Assembly (NCBI GenBank): GCA_964598405.1
Contig: CAZRBS010000003.1
Coordinates: 1 to 46,426 of the forward strand
Length of the DNA: 46,426 nucleotides
DNA from: an uncultured Dehalococcoidaceae bacterium
Lineage (GTDB): Bacteria > Chloroflexota > Dehalococcoidia > Dehalococcoidales > RBG-16-60-22
Direction of reading: 5' to 3'
A program made the position numbers and the translations under genes. Position 1 is the stretch's first letter. Each line of letters begins with the position of its first letter. This document shows positions 35,582 to 46,156 of the stretch, one piece after another. A model generated the notes under the pieces. The model had not been told where the DNA came from. It did no database searches and saw only the letters and a list, made by a program, of their open reading frames with translations.

Positions 35582-35601
35582 ATCACTGACTCATACAACT
35601 C

Positions 35602-36654
35602 TTATACTTGTAATTGGTCCTCGGACTCAGGTTGGCCTTCCGTTTCCTCCTCCGCTTCAGCTGGCGCTGGTTCCGCCGGTTCTTCTTCTAGAGCAGGTTC
35701 CCCCGCCTCTCTCTTCAGCTCGACCTGAGGGGAGAGCGACAGGTCCATTTCCTGAAGGCGCTCTTCTATTTCATGGAAGGATTTCTGCCCGAAGTTGCGC
35801 AGCTTGAGCAGCTCTTTTGGCCTTTTGCTTATGAGTTCGCCCACGGTGGTGATGCCACCGCGCCTCAGGCAATTCATGGTGCGCACCGAGAGGTTCAGCT
35901 GTTCCACGGGCATGTTATATTTCTCATCGGGTATGGAGAGGCGAACAAGCTGTTCTTCTGCTTTCATCTGAGAAATCTTGACGTATTCAACAAAAGGAGC
36001 CAGTTGCTCTGACAGGGTTCTGGCAGCCAGGCTGAGGGCATCCACCGGGGATATGGTGCCGTCTGTCCATACATCGAGCACCAGCCGCTCTTGACCGGTC
36101 TCCTGGCCGGTATGGACCGGCTCGACGGCAAAGTTAATCTTGCGTATCGGGGTGAAGATGGCATCCACGGGGATTGTTCCTACCGGCATGTTATCACCCG
36201 GCTCAGCCGGACGGTAGCCGGTATCCAGTTCTACATCAAACTCCATAGAGAGTTTAGCCTCAGATGAATCCAGGGTGAGGAGACGGAGTTCCGGGTTGGC
36301 AATCTCAAAGTCGGCGGATGGTTTGATATCCGCGGCGCAGACCCTGCCCTCTCCCTGGGTGTCCAGGGTCAGCTTGCCGGGACGGCTGGCCAGGGGTTTT
36401 ATCCTCAACGCTTTGACGTTGAGCAAGAACTCGGTAACATCTTCTTTGGCGTGAGGGATGACGGTGAATTCGTGTCTGATGCCTTCAATCCTGACGTGCG
36501 TTATGGCAGCCCCGGGCAGATAGCCAAGTAACACTCTTCTTAAAGCGTTTCCCAGAGTTATGCCAAACCCCTTTTCCAGCGGTTCAGCCAGAAAGCGTCC
36601 GAAATTATCTTCGCTTTCCACACATTCAATTCTAGGTATTACCAGATGGGACAA
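35602..36654 (-). CDS. rpoA: DNA-directed RNA polymerase subunit alpha, with acidic C-terminal tail
   Basis: 350 aa. GFGITLGNALRRVLL in the N-terminal domain, LNLSVRTMNCLRRGGITTVGELI in the C-terminal domain, and about 43 extra E/P/A-rich residues. TTG start after GGAGGT. Confidence 0.95.
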   Translation of the reverse strand: MSHLVIPRIECVESEDNFGRFLAEPLEKGFGITLGNALRRVLLGYLPGAAITHVRIEGIRHEFTVIPHAKEDVTEFLLNVKALRIKPLASRPGKLTLDTQGEGRVCAADIKPSADFEIANPELRLLTLDSSEAKLSMEFDVELDTGYRPAEPGDNMPVGTIPVDAIFTPIRKINFAVEPVHTGQETGQERLVLDVWTDGTISPVDALSLAARTLSEQLAPFVEYVKISQMKAEEQLVRLSIPDEKYNMPVEQLNLSVRTMNCLRRGGITTVGELISKRPKELLKLRNFGQKSFHEIEERLQEMDLSLSPQVELKREAGEPALEEEPAEPAPAEAEEETEGQPESEDQLQV

Positions 36655-36675
36655 AAGGTTCTACCTCCTTATTGA

Positions 36676-37305
36676 TTATCGCGAGTAGTACTCGACTATA
36701 GCTGTTCCATCAAAAGCAGCCTCTATATCGTCGGAGGTTGGCAGGGATAAGACCTTGCCAACGAGGTTTTTCTTATCCAGACTCAACCAGTTCGGGGTCA
36801 CTTTGGCTTCAATGCTTTGCGCCAGCATTTTGTAGTATTCCGTATTGGTGCTTTCCTGCCGCCAGTTTATGCTATCACCTTCGTTAACCAAACAGGAAGG
36901 AATGTTGGTCCTGCGCCCGTTAAGCATAATATGTCCGTGCCGGACCAGCTGACGGGCCTGAGAGCGCGAATCAGCAAAGCCCAGGCGGTAGATCGCATTG
37001 TCGAGGCGCCTTTCCAGAAGCACCAGCAGGTTTTCTCCGGTGATGCCCGCCTGCCTAGCCGACTGAGCGAAGGTCTTTCTGAACTGCCTCTCCAGTAGTC
37101 CGTAGCTGTGACGGGCTTTTTGCTTTTCCCGGAGCTGAAGCCCGCGGTCGGAAAGCTTCTGCCGCCGCCGTCTTATCTGCTGTCCCGGCGGCTTGGTCCG
37201 CTTGTCCACGCTGCATTTGGGCGTGAAACAGCGGCTGCCCTTCAGAAAGAGCTTACCGCCGCCACGGCGACATAATCGACAAACTGCTCCTATATATCTT
37301 GCCAT
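36676..37305 (-). CDS. rpsD: 30S ribosomal protein S4
   Basis: 209 aa. MARYIGAVCRLCRR, S4 RNA-binding domain RLDNAIYRLGFADSRSQARQLVRHGHI. Confidence 0.95.
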   Translation of the reverse strand: MARYIGAVCRLCRRGGGKLFLKGSRCFTPKCSVDKRTKPPGQQIRRRRQKLSDRGLQLREKQKARHSYGLLERQFRKTFAQSARQAGITGENLLVLLERRLDNAIYRLGFADSRSQARQLVRHGHIMLNGRRTNIPSCLVNEGDSINWRQESTNTEYYKMLAQSIEAKVTPNWLSLDKKNLVGKVLSLPTSDDIEAAFDGTAIVEYYSR

Positions 37306-37317
37306 TTCTCCTCTCTT

Positions 37318-37710
37318 TTACACTCGTCTTCTCTTGGGCGGGCGGCAGCCATTGTGCGGGACGGGGGTTACATCTCTGATGCCCGTGATATAGAGGCCGG
37401 AACTCTGGAGAGAACGTATGGCTGCCTCACGGCCGCTGCCCGGGCCTTTGACATACACGTCTACCTGGCGCAGGCCGTGTGTCATCGCTTTTCTTACCGC
37501 CTCCCGGGCTGCCATCTGGGCGGCGTACGGGGTGCCCTTGCGTGAACCTTTGAACCCGGCAGTCCCCGAGCTGCCCCAGGCGATTACATTTCCCTCGGGG
37601 TCGGTGAGGGTGATAACGGTATTATTAAACGTTGATTGAATATAAGCCCTCCCGACGGGAATAGACTTGCGCTCTCTTCGTCTCGCCTTGGGGCGCTTCT
37701 TCTGTGCCAT
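37318..37710 (-). CDS. rpsK: 30S ribosomal protein S11
   Basis: 130 aa. [32 protein letters not shown]. Confidence 0.95.
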   Translation of the reverse strand: MAQKKRPKARRRERKSIPVGRAYIQSTFNNTVITLTDPEGNVIAWGSSGTAGFKGSRKGTPYAAQMAAREAVRKAMTHGLRQVDVYVKGPGSGREAAIRSLQSSGLYITGIRDVTPVPHNGCRPPKRRRV

Positions 37711-37737
37711 TCTGCTCTCCTTCTAACCAGTGTTTTA

Positions 37738-38127
37738 TTATTTCTTGGTCATGCCGCGCCTCTGCCCTCTGCCGGCTACGGTCTTGCGGCTACCACGGCG
37801 GGCACGGGCATTGGTTCGCGTTCGCTGTCCCCTGGCGGGTAAGCTGTGCCGGTGCCGGCTGCCCCGGTAGCTGCCGATTTCGATGAGGCGTTTGATGTTA
37901 AGGTTAACCTCCCGTCTTAGTTCTCCTTCGACCCTGTACTGCCGGTCGATGAGCTCCCGGAGACGGTTTACTTCTTCTTCGGTAAGGTCATTTGCCTTGG
38001 TATCAGCTTTGATACCGGCCTGGGCCAGAATCTTCTGACTCAGGACAGGGCCGATACCATATATATACTGTAGCGAAACCCAAACCTGCTTGTTTCTGGG
38101 TATATCTACTCCGGCAATACGTGCCAT
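37738..38127 (-). CDS. rpsM: 30S ribosomal protein S13
   Basis: 129 aa. [33 protein letters not shown]. Confidence 0.95.
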   Translation of the reverse strand: MARIAGVDIPRNKQVWVSLQYIYGIGPVLSQKILAQAGIKADTKANDLTEEEVNRLRELIDRQYRVEGELRREVNLNIKRLIEIGSYRGSRHRHSLPARGQRTRTNARARRGSRKTVAGRGQRRGMTKK

Positions 38128-38153
38128 TTACTTCCTCCTTGCCTCAGGGAAAG

Positions 38154-38267
38154 TTAGCCCTGCCTCTGCTTGTGTTTCGGGTTGGAGCAAATGACTCTGA
38201 TTACTCCTCTCCGCCTTACCACCTTGCATTTTTCACATCTGACCTTTGCTGAAGCTCTAACTTTCAT
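38154..38267 (-). CDS. rpmJ: 50S ribosomal protein L36 (Cys-containing form), not in ORF track
   Basis: Manual translation of the minus strand: [37 protein letters not shown]. Confidence 0.9.
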   Translation of the reverse strand: MKVRASAKVRCEKCKVVRRRGVIRVICSNPKHKQRQG

Positions 38268-38286
38268 CGTCTTAAACCTTTTGCCT

Positions 38287-38505
38287 TTACTTAAACCGGT
38301 AGGTAATCCTGCCCCGGCTCAGGTCATAGGGGGACAGCTCAATCAATACCCTGTCACCGGGCAAGACCCTGATGTAATGCATTCTTATCTTGCCCGAGAT
38401 GTGAGCCAGTACCTTATGTTCATTGGGTAGCTCAACGCGGAACATAGCGTTGGGTAGAGCTTCTACCACCGTTCCCTCAACCTCTATCGTTTCTTTCTTG
38501 GGCAT
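38287..38505 (-). CDS. infA: Translation initiation factor IF-1
   Basis: 72 aa from the ATG at 38505: [72 protein letters not shown]. The longer ORF-track version overlaps map. Confidence 0.95.
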   Translation of the reverse strand: MPKKETIEVEGTVVEALPNAMFRVELPNEHKVLAHISGKIRMHYIRVLPGDRVLIELSPYDLSRGRITYRFK

Positions 38506-38509
38506 GAAC

Positions 38510-39256
38510 CTATTTAGTAAGTACCTCCGGTTCACCATCGGTGATGGCGATAGTATGTTCAAAGTGTGCCGAAAGGCTGCCATCGGCGGTGAGCACCGTC
38601 CAGCGGTCATCCCCGATCCGGGTATGCCAGTCACCGGCATTGAGCATGGGTTCGAGGGCAAGGGTCATGCCTTTCTTCAGGACAGGGCCTGAACCGGACG
38701 GACCGAAGTTGGGAATCTGTGGTTCCTCATGCATCTCCCTCCCGATGCCGTGTCCGGTATACTCGCGCACCACCGAATAGCCTTTTGCCTCGGCATGTTT
38801 TTGAATGGCGGCGGAAATATCTCCCAGCCTCGCTTCAGGGCAGGCAGCACCTACCCCTGCTTCCAGAGCGCCTTCCGTAGCCTCCAGGAGACGCTCCGCT
38901 TCCGGGCTTATCCTGCCGACGCCCACGGTGACGGCGGCATCACCCTGGAAGCCCATGAAAATAGCTCCAAAATCAAGGGAGACAATGTCGCCCTCGCGCA
39001 GGACCCGTTTCCCCGGAATCCCGTGCACTATCTCATCGTTTACTGATACGCAGAGATTGGCCGGAAATCCCCGGTATCCCTTGAATGATGACCTGGCGCC
39101 GTGCCTTTTCAGTTCTTTCTCCGCGGTAGCGTTCAATTCTCTGGTCTCCATTCCCGGTCTTATCTGTTTCTTCAGTGTTTCCAGTATGGCGGCGACAATG
39201 TTTCCCGCCTGCCTCATGGCGGCAATCTCATGAGCGTTTTTGATGATTATGCTCAT
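38510..39256 (-). CDS. map: Type I methionine aminopeptidase
   Basis: 248 aa. [46 protein letters not shown] metal ligands. Confidence 0.95.
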   Translation of the reverse strand: MSIIIKNAHEIAAMRQAGNIVAAILETLKKQIRPGMETRELNATAEKELKRHGARSSFKGYRGFPANLCVSVNDEIVHGIPGKRVLREGDIVSLDFGAIFMGFQGDAAVTVGVGRISPEAERLLEATEGALEAGVGAACPEARLGDISAAIQKHAEAKGYSVVREYTGHGIGREMHEEPQIPNFGPSGSGPVLKKGMTLALEPMLNAGDWHTRIGDDRWTVLTADGSLSAHFEHTIAITDGEPEVLTK

Positions 39257-39918
39257 CTGGTTATGAGCTCCTCCGAATGAAGGACCGCCACAATCCTCTG
39301 TGTTACTTCATCTATACTTCCCTCGCCGTCAATTTCCAGTAGTTTGCCCTTTCGCGCGTAGTAGTCAATAAGGGGCATCGTCTGGGCGAAGAAGACCTCT
39401 AATCGTTTTTTAATCTTTCGAGCGGTGTCATCAGGTCGCTGGTAGAGTTCGCCACCGCATCTAGCGCATTTCCCCGCCACTTTCGGGGGAGAGTTTCTTA
39501 TATTATAAACGGCCTGGCACTGGCGGCAAGTCCGGCGCCCGCCGAGCCTTTTCTGAAGCTCATCTTGCGATACTCTAATGTAGATTACCCTGTCTAATTT
39601 TTTATTCTGCCTGGCCAGAGCTTTATCCAGTGCCTCAGCCTGCTTCAGGTTCCTGGGAAAGCCATCAAGAACTGCCCCGGCTTCAGTATCCGGAGCTGAC
39701 ATCCTTTCCAGAACCATTTGTGTTGTCAGTTCATCAGGGACTAATATCCCCTTCTCTATATAGGGCTTGGCTTGTTTTCCCAGTTCGGTTTCCCGTTCTG
39801 CCGCCTGCCGGAACAGGTCACCGGAGGCTATATGAACCAGCCCCAGCTTCCGGGCAACGGTTGCGGCCTGTGTTCCTTTACCTGCCCCGGGAGCCCCCAC
39901 CAAAACTACATTATACAA
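39253..39918 (-). CDS. adk: Adenylate kinase (zinc-lid form)
   Basis: 221 aa. P-loop GAPGAGKGTQ. Lid with CRQC...CARCGG. Confidence 0.95.
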   Translation of the reverse strand: MYNVVLVGAPGAGKGTQAATVARKLGLVHIASGDLFRQAAERETELGKQAKPYIEKGILVPDELTTQMVLERMSAPDTEAGAVLDGFPRNLKQAEALDKALARQNKKLDRVIYIRVSQDELQKRLGGRRTCRQCQAVYNIRNSPPKVAGKCARCGGELYQRPDDTARKIKKRLEVFFAQTMPLIDYYARKGKLLEIDGEGSIDEVTQRIVAVLHSEELITR

Positions 39919-39926
39919 TTTTTCTC

Positions 39927-41243
39927 CTATTTGATAAAGCCCTCATACCGGCGCATAACCAGTTGTGCCTCAAGCTGCTTCATGGTATCCAGGACGACTC
40001 CGACCATTATGATCAGGCCTAGGCTGGATAGCTGTATCACCTGGATACCGGTGAGCTGTCTGGCTACAAAGGGCATCACCGCCACGCAAGCCAGGAAAAG
40101 AGCTCCTCCCCAGGTAATGCGGTTAATGACCCCGTTGAGATAGGTGGCGGTGTTCTTGCCCGGACGGATGCCGGGGATAAACCCCCCCTGGCGCTGCAAA
40201 GTGTTGGGCAGGTCCTGCTGCTGAAAGATTATCGTGGTGTAGAAGAAGGTAAAGCCAACCGCCAGCAAGAAGTATAGTCCCCAGTAAAACAAGCCCCGGG
40301 GCAGGGGAGCATCAGGTTTAAACAGGTTCATAATCAGATTGGCGAAGTTGGGTTCTGCCCCCGCCGGGTTGGCAAAGTAACTGGCGACGATGCCGGGAAA
40401 GAGCACCAGTGACATGGCGAAGATAAGCGGTATCATCCCGGCACTGTTTACGCGCAGCGGAATGTGAGTTGACCCTGCCTGCCGGTACATACGGCCGCTA
40501 CGGAAGACGCTTTTGGCGTACTGCACCGGAATACGGCGGTGGGCTTCGGTGAAGATGACTATTACCACGATGGTGGCCAGAACTATCAGGATATAGGCAG
40601 TCAGCCCGACAAAGTTTTCTTTCGCCAGGAAGCCCTGCCCGACCATCTGGGGTATGCCGGCGACAATGCCGCCAAAGATTATTATGGAGATGCCGTTACC
40701 AATGCCGTATTCGGTGATAAGCTCACCGAGCCATACCAGAAAGATGGTGCCGGCTACCATTGAGAGCACCATGGCTGTCATTGGCAGGGCGTCGGGGGAG
40801 GCAATGACCCCCTCACGCTGGAGATAAACCAGCTGCCCGTAACCGGAGATGGCGGCCAGGGGTACAACCAGCCAGTGGGTAATCAGGTTAATTTTGTTCC
40901 TGCCTGATTCTCCTTCCCGGGAGAGGGCCTGCAGGCGCGGGATAACCGGCACCAGCAGCATCATGATGATTGAAGCCGTAATATAGGGATAAACCCCCAT
41001 AGCTGCCACACTAAGCCGCCTCATGGCGCCGCCGCTGAACAGGTCAAGCATACCCAGCAGCGCATTGCGCTCAAACAGCGCCTGCAGGGCCTCAAGGTCC
41101 ACTCCGGGCAGAGGCACGTGGGCGACGAAGCGGAAGATTATCAGGATGCCTACGGTAAGCAGGATCCGGCGTCTTAAATCGGGTAAGCTGAAGGCATCAA
41201 GCATTGCCTGGAGCAGGCGTGGCCTACTTTGCCTTGGCCGCAT
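39927..41243 (-). CDS. secY: Preprotein translocase subunit SecY
   Basis: 438 aa, about 10 TM helices. [25 protein letters not shown]. The ATG at 41243 follows GAGGAGGTGGAG. 20-nt overlap with rplO. Confidence 0.95.
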   Translation of the reverse strand: MRPRQSRPRLLQAMLDAFSLPDLRRRILLTVGILIIFRFVAHVPLPGVDLEALQALFERNALLGMLDLFSGGAMRRLSVAAMGVYPYITASIIMMLLVPVIPRLQALSREGESGRNKINLITHWLVVPLAAISGYGQLVYLQREGVIASPDALPMTAMVLSMVAGTIFLVWLGELITEYGIGNGISIIIFGGIVAGIPQMVGQGFLAKENFVGLTAYILIVLATIVVIVIFTEAHRRIPVQYAKSVFRSGRMYRQAGSTHIPLRVNSAGMIPLIFAMSLVLFPGIVASYFANPAGAEPNFANLIMNLFKPDAPLPRGLFYWGLYFLLAVGFTFFYTTIIFQQQDLPNTLQRQGGFIPGIRPGKNTATYLNGVINRITWGGALFLACVAVMPFVARQLTGIQVIQLSSLGLIIMVGVVLDTMKQLEAQLVMRRYEGFIK

Positions 41244-41688
41244 ACTCCACCTCCTCAGCTTTACCCCCGGCTGCCTCTATCTTGTTCTTAGCGGCGGTGG
41301 AAAACTTGTTTGCCTTTACCGAAAGGGGATGTTTCATGTCGCCGTTGGCCAGAATCTTGATTGGCTGCCGGAGCGACTTTACCAGCCCGGCGGCGAGCAG
41401 TTTTTCCGGGGTCACTTCACTTCCCGATGCGAAGGTATTCAGCCGGTCAATGTTGACCACGCTGTACTCCCTCCGGAAAATGTTGACAAAGCCGCGTTTC
41501 TGGGGCAGCCGTTTGATTAAAGGCAGTTGCCCGCCTTCAAATCCGGGGCGGACCTTGCTGCCGGAGCGGGAATTTTGCCCTTTTATGCCCCTTCCAGAGT
41601 AGGTGCCATGGCCGCTGCCATCTCCTCGCCCCACCCGTTTCCGGGCTCGCCTGGAGTCTGGTGATGGAGAGAGATTGTCCTGTCTCAA
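41224..41688 (-). CDS. rplO: 50S ribosomal protein L15
   Basis: 154 aa. [27 protein letters not shown]. Confidence 0.95.
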   Translation of the reverse strand: MRQDNLSPSPDSRRARKRVGRGDGSGHGTYSGRGIKGQNSRSGSKVRPGFEGGQLPLIKRLPQKRGFVNIFRREYSVVNIDRLNTFASGSEVTPEKLLAAGLVKSLRQPIKILANGDMKHPLSVKANKFSTAAKNKIEAAGGKAEEVEYAAKAK

Positions 41689-41870
41689 GAGCTCGCTTCC
41701 TCCACTTTAACTAGGTGTCTCACTTTATTAATCATCCCCCGGACTGACATTGAGTCCTCGTGGGTGACGCTTTGGTTCAGGCGGTGAAAACCCAGAGCGG
41801 CTAACGTTTTCCGCTGCGTTTCTTTATAGCCAATATCGCTTTTGACCCAGGTAATGCGCAATTTAACCAC
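41685..41870 (-). CDS. rpmD: 50S ribosomal protein L30
   Basis: 61 aa. [25 protein letters not shown]. Confidence 0.9.
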   Translation of the reverse strand: MVKLRITWVKSDIGYKETQRKTLAALGFHRLNQSVTHEDSMSVRGMINKVRHLVKVEEASS

Positions 41871-42387
41871 CGGTTACCGTCTCCTCCACTTTGCCGGTCT
41901 CCTTACGTTTGGCTACCGCCTCTTCTGGCTCTCTCAGCTGTCTGAGACCGAGTATTGTTGCCTTCGCTATGTTCGCCTGGTTGGAACTGCCCAGTGATTT
42001 GGTCAGGATGTCTTTGATTCCGCAGGCTTCAAGTACCGCTCTCACGCTGCCGCCGGCGATAACGCCGGTGCCCGGCCGGGCCGGTTTGAGCAGCACTTTG
42101 GCGGCGCCGAACCTGGCCGTTATCTCATGTGGGATGGAGGACCCGGAAAGGGGGACTTTAATCAGGCTCTTTCTGGCGGCTGCTCCGCCCTTGTTAATCG
42201 CTGCCGGCACTTCATTGGCCTTGCCGATGCCGAGTCCCACGTGTCCGTTATTGTCTCCCGTTACCACCAGGGCACTGAACCGGAGGCGTTTGCCCCCTTT
42301 CATTACTTTAGCCACCCGGTTAATATAGATTAGCTTATCGTTCAGAGCTAGGTCAGTTGTGTCTATTTTGCTTACTGGTTCTTTCAT
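41863..42387 (-). CDS. rpsE: 30S ribosomal protein S5
   Basis: 174 aa. [36 protein letters not shown]. Confidence 0.95.
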   Translation of the reverse strand: MKEPVSKIDTTDLALNDKLIYINRVAKVMKGGKRLRFSALVVTGDNNGHVGLGIGKANEVPAAINKGGAAARKSLIKVPLSGSSIPHEITARFGAAKVLLKPARPGTGVIAGGSVRAVLEACGIKDILTKSLGSSNQANIAKATILGLRQLREPEEAVAKRKETGKVEETVTGG

Positions 42388-42409
42388 GAGGCTTAGAGTT
42401 CTATCCTTT

Positions 42410-42775
42410 TTAGAATTTTAGTCCGCCTTTCCGGGCTGCTTCGGCCAGGGCTTTAATCCTGCCGTGGTATTTATAACCGCCGCGGTCAAAGATTACCTGG
42501 TTTATTCCTTTGCTCAGGGCCCGTCTGGCTATCATGGTGCCGACGAGTTCCGCCTTGCCCGTTTTTGCTTTACTATCGGTCTCATTTCTCGTCTCCGGGT
42601 CAATGGTTGAGGCTGAGACCAGTGTGTGCCCCCGTGAGTCATCGATAACCTGGGCGTAGATATGGTTCAGGCTGCGGAACACGCACAGACGGGGCCTGGG
42701 CGCTGTGCCCTTCACCTTCAGTCTAACCCGGGTATGTCTTCTATAACGTGCCAGTCTTGGCTCAATATTTCCCAT
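42410..42775 (-). CDS. rplR: 50S ribosomal protein L18
   Basis: 121 aa. [40 protein letters not shown]. Confidence 0.95.
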   Translation of the reverse strand: MGNIEPRLARYRRHTRVRLKVKGTAPRPRLCVFRSLNHIYAQVIDDSRGHTLVSASTIDPETRNETDSKAKTGKAELVGTMIARRALSKGINQVIFDRGGYKYHGRIKALAEAARKGGLKF

Positions 42776-42777
42776 GG

Positions 42778-43329
42778 TTACTTCTTACCTATAGCCTTGC
42801 CGGCTTTTCCCGCTTTGAGATGAACGCGCTCTCCGGCATACCTGATGCCCTTGCCTTTATAGGCATCGGGGGGACGGACCTCGCGTATTCTGGCTGCCAT
42901 CTCGCCGACAAATTCTTTATTTATCCCGCTGACTTTAATCCGGTTTGCCCCTTCGGCATTCAGGGAAACTCCCGGCAGGGGTGATATTTCTACCGGATGT
43001 GAGTACCCGATGCGGAGAATCAGCTTGTCCCCGGCTTTCTCTGCCCGGTAGCCCACGCCGACTATCTCCAGGTACTTGTCAAAACCCCGGCTTACCCCCG
43101 TCACCATGTTTGCCAGGAGCGTTCGTGTCAGGCCGTGAAAGGAGCGGTGCTCCCTGCCATCACTGGGTCGGGACACAACCAGGCTGTTTTCCTGCTGGGC
43201 AATCTTTATCTCCGGGTGGAAGGAGCCGCTGAGCTCGCCTTTTGGCCCGGTTACCGTAACCCGGTCTTTCTTGATGCTCACGGTGACACCCGGTGGCACG
43301 GGTATTGGCATTTTTCCTACTCTAGACAT
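42778..43329 (-). CDS. rplF: 50S ribosomal protein L6
   Basis: 183 aa. [35 protein letters not shown]. Confidence 0.95.
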   Translation of the reverse strand: MSRVGKMPIPVPPGVTVSIKKDRVTVTGPKGELSGSFHPEIKIAQQENSLVVSRPSDGREHRSFHGLTRTLLANMVTGVSRGFDKYLEIVGVGYRAEKAGDKLILRIGYSHPVEISPLPGVSLNAEGANRIKVSGINKEFVGEMAARIREVRPPDAYKGKGIRYAGERVHLKAGKAGKAIGKK

Positions 43330-43348
43330 AGTTTATCACTCCAGGTCC

Positions 43349-43747
43349 TTACCATACATAACACAGCAGTTCCCCGCCGATTCCCTGGCGCCAGGCTTGC
43401 TGCCCCGTTTTCACGCCTCTGGAGGTGGAAACAACGGCGATACCCAGTCCTCCGAAGACGCGGGGAACCTCTTTCCGCTGTACGTATACCCTTAAGCCGG
43501 GTTTGCTCACCCGCTCCAGCCCGGAGATAACCGGTTTATTGCTATCGCTGTATTTGAGGAGAATCTTGATTACCCGGTGCGGTTTCCCTTTAAGCACCTC
43601 ATAATCGTTGATAAACCCCTCTTCCTTGAGGATGCGGGCAATTGAGAGCTTTATCCTTGAGGAAGGCACCATCACCGAATCATGTTTTGCGATAAGGGCA
43701 TTTCTTATTCGGGTTAGCATATCAGCTATTGGGTCAGAAATGGTCAT
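43349..43747 (-). CDS. rpsH: 30S ribosomal protein S8
   Basis: 132 aa. [24 protein letters not shown]. Confidence 0.95.
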   Translation of the reverse strand: MTISDPIADMLTRIRNALIAKHDSVMVPSSRIKLSIARILKEEGFINDYEVLKGKPHRVIKILLKYSDSNKPVISGLERVSKPGLRVYVQRKEVPRVFGGLGIAVVSTSRGVKTGQQAWRQGIGGELLCYVW

Positions 43748-43768
43748 ATTCGTCTTCCTTCAGTCCTT

Positions 43769-43954
43769 TTACCAGCTTGATTTTCTCACTCCCGGCAGCT
43801 GACCGGCAAGCGCCAGTTTGCGGAAGCAGATGCGGCACAGGCCGAATTTACGGATATAGGCACGAGGCCGACCGCACAGAACACACCGGTTGTGCTGCTG
43901 CACCCTGTATTTAGCCGGGCGCTCGGCTTTTACAATCTTTGATTTCTTTGCCAT
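43769..43954 (-). CDS. rpsZ: 30S ribosomal protein S14 type Z (zinc-binding)
   Basis: 61 aa. [20 protein letters not shown]. Confidence 0.95.
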   Translation of the reverse strand: MAKKSKIVKAERPAKYRVQQHNRCVLCGRPRAYIRKFGLCRICFRKLALAGQLPGVRKSSW

Positions 43955-43956
43955 TC

Positions 43957-44508
43957 TTACTCCATTCCATCCTTGGCAAAAGGCATTCCCAGTGATTCCA
44001 GCAGGTGTCTGCCTTCCTCATCTGTTTTAGCCGTGGTGGCGATTGATACCTCCAGCCCGCGTATCTTATCTACCTTGTCATAATCTACTTCGGGGAAGAT
44101 GATTTGTTCCCTGAGCCCCAGCGTGTAGTTGCCCCGCCCGTCAAAGGAGTTTGCCGGGACGCCCTGAAACTCCCGGACACGGGGCAGGACGGCGTTCATC
44201 AGCTTTTCCAGAAAGTGGTACATGCGTTCCCCCCGCAGGGTCACCTTCAGCCCGATGGGCATCCCCTGTCTTAACCTGAAGGCAGAGACCGATTTCCTGG
44301 CACGGGTTACCACCGGGTGCTGCCCGGAAATGGTGGCAAGGTCACCTTCGGCGGTTTCCAGGGCTTTGGCGTTCTGAATTGCCTCGCCCAGGCCAATATT
44401 GAGGACAACTTTATCGACGTGCGGCACCTGCATTACGTTCTTATACCCGTAACGCTTCATCAGGTCGGGAAGAACTTCTTTCCGGTATTTTTCCCTCAGT
44501 TGTGACAT
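43957..44508 (-). CDS. rplE: 50S ribosomal protein L5
   Basis: 183 aa. [29 protein letters not shown]. Confidence 0.95.
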   Translation of the reverse strand: MSQLREKYRKEVLPDLMKRYGYKNVMQVPHVDKVVLNIGLGEAIQNAKALETAEGDLATISGQHPVVTRARKSVSAFRLRQGMPIGLKVTLRGERMYHFLEKLMNAVLPRVREFQGVPANSFDGRGNYTLGLREQIIFPEVDYDKVDKIRGLEVSIATTAKTDEEGRHLLESLGMPFAKDGME

Positions 44509-44820
44509 CTAGTCAATCACCTCGTTGCATGAGCGGCAGACCCGGACCTTTCTGCCGTCGTCCAGAAACCTGAAACCGATGCGAGCCGGATGGTTGCACT
44601 TGTCGCAAAACAGCATGACGTTCGTTACATGGATGGGCGCTTCCAGGTCAATAATGCCGGCTTGTCTGGCCTGCCTTTTTGCTCGGGAGTGCCTTTTAAT
44701 GAAGTTGATGCCTTCCACCAGTATCCGTCCGTCCTTCGGGTAGGCAAAGCGCACTTTACCTTTTTTGCCTTTGTCTTTGCCGGCAATGACCAGTACCGTA
44801 TCGTTTTTCTTAATATTCAT
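44509..44820 (-). CDS. rplX: 50S ribosomal protein L24 (with C-terminal CxxC...CxxC)
   Basis: 103 aa. KKNDTVLVIAGKDKGKKGKV KOW motif. C-terminus CDKCNHPARIGFRFLDDGRKVRVCRSC. Confidence 0.95.
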   Translation of the reverse strand: MNIKKNDTVLVIAGKDKGKKGKVRFAYPKDGRILVEGINFIKRHSRAKRQARQAGIIDLEAPIHVTNVMLFCDKCNHPARIGFRFLDDGRKVRVCRSCNEVID

Positions 44821-44833
44821 TCTTTCACCAACC

Positions 44834-45202
44834 TCACAGGACTTCAGGTGCCAGTGATATTATTTTGGTAAAGTCTTTCTCCCTCAGTTCCCTGGCTACC
44901 GGTCCGAAGATGCGGGTCCCCCTGGGGTTATTCTTATCGGTCAGGATTACGGCAGCATTTTCATCAAATCTAATGTAAGAGCCATCGGGGCGCCGATAAG
45001 GCTGAGCCGTGCGCACGATAACGGCCCTGACGACATCTCCCCTTTTGGTGGCGGCCGCCGGTACGGCTTTTTTCACGGCAGCCACAATGATATCGCCCAC
45101 CCGGGCGTATCTTTTCCTGGTGCCTCCCAGCACGTTGATACACATGATTTCCCGGGCACCGGTATTATCAGCAGCTTTAAGTCTGGTGTATGGCTGTATC
45201 AT
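44834..45202 (-). CDS. rplN: 50S ribosomal protein L14
   Basis: 122 aa. [31 protein letters not shown]. Confidence 0.95.
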   Translation of the reverse strand: MIQPYTRLKAADNTGAREIMCINVLGGTRKRYARVGDIIVAAVKKAVPAAATKRGDVVRAVIVRTAQPYRRPDGSYIRFDENAAVILTDKNNPRGTRIFGPVARELREKDFTKIISLAPEVL

Positions 45203-45220
45203 GTCACGTTATCCTTAATC

Positions 45221-45502
45221 TCAGGCTACTTCCTCGGGCCGGATTTCAGCTATCCTTCCTTTGGTTATTATCTCGGCTACTCGCCATCGCTTGTCTTTGG
45301 AGAGCGGACGGGTCTCTATGATTTTTACCAGGTCTCCCGGATGGCACTGGTTATTCTCATCATGAGCTTTATACTTGATGGCTCTGACGATGGTCTTTTT
45401 ATATAACGGGTAACGTTTGGGCGTGGGCACAGCTACCACCGCCGTCTTGTCCATCTTGTTGCTGATGACACGCCCAACTCTGATTTTGCGTCTTTCCTGC
45501 AT
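45221..45502 (-). CDS. rpsQ: 30S ribosomal protein S17
   Basis: 93 aa. [40 protein letters not shown]. Confidence 0.95.
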   Translation of the reverse strand: MQERRKIRVGRVISNKMDKTAVVAVPTPKRYPLYKKTIVRAIKYKAHDENNQCHPGDLVKIIETRPLSKDKRWRVAEIITKGRIAEIRPEEVA

Positions 45503-45506
45503 GATG

Positions 45507-45704
45507 CTATCCTGCCTCCAGTTCCCTCTCTCTCATTATTGTCTTGAGCCGGGCAATCTTCTTCTTAACCATCGGGAGTTCCCGGTGGTTGACCAGCTGT
45601 CTGGTGGCCAGCCGAAAACGAAGGTTCATGAGCTCTTGATGAGCTTCTTCCAGCTGCTTGGTCAGCTCTTCCGGTCTCAGGGCTCGAAATTCATCGATTT
45701 TCAA
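45507..45704 (-). CDS. rpmC: 50S ribosomal protein L29
   Basis: 65 aa. [29 protein letters not shown]. Confidence 0.9.
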   Translation of the reverse strand: MKIDEFRALRPEELTKQLEEAHQELMNLRFRLATRQLVNHRELPMVKKKIARLKTIMRERELEAG

Positions 45705-46156
45705 CTTGCGCTAGCTCCTTTGGTTGAGTCAGTGCCAGCCGAAACGCCGGCTTCCCTTACCACGAATCTGGAGGGTATGGGCAGCTTCTGTGAGGCCAGT
45801 CGTATTGCCTCTTTGGCCGTTATTTCATCAACTCCTGCCAGTTCAAATAAGATTCTTCCCGGTTTGACCACGGCTACCCAGTGGTCAGGGGAACCCTTGC
45901 CACTGCCCATTCTGGTTTCCGCTGGTTTTTTGGTCACCGGCTTGTCCGGGAAAACGCGTATCCAGACTTTTCCTCCGCGGCGGATATAGCGGGTGATAGC
46001 ACGGCGGGCCGCTTCAATCTGCTCACCGGTAATCCAGGCGGCTCCCAGTGCCTGCAGTCCGAAATCACCAAACGCGGTGGTGTTACCCGCCTGGGCGCTA
46101 CCCCGGCGATGGCCTTTGTGCGCTTTGCGATATTTCACCCGTTTAGGTTGTATCAT
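45701..46156 (-). CDS. rplP: 50S ribosomal protein L16
   Basis: 151 aa. [39 protein letters not shown]. Confidence 0.95.
   Translation of the reverse strand: MIQPKRVKYRKAHKGHRRGSAQAGNTTAFGDFGLQALGAAWITGEQIEAARRAITRYIRRGGKVWIRVFPDKPVTKKPAETRMGSGKGSPDHWVAVVKPGRILFELAGVDEITAKEAIRLASQKLPIPSRFVVREAGVSAGTDSTKGASAS

Noticed and set aside
38506-38661. Upstream extension of the infA ORF (124-aa version)
   Set aside because: It overlaps the 3' end of map in another frame. IF-1 is a conserved 72-aa protein starting at MPKKE (38505).
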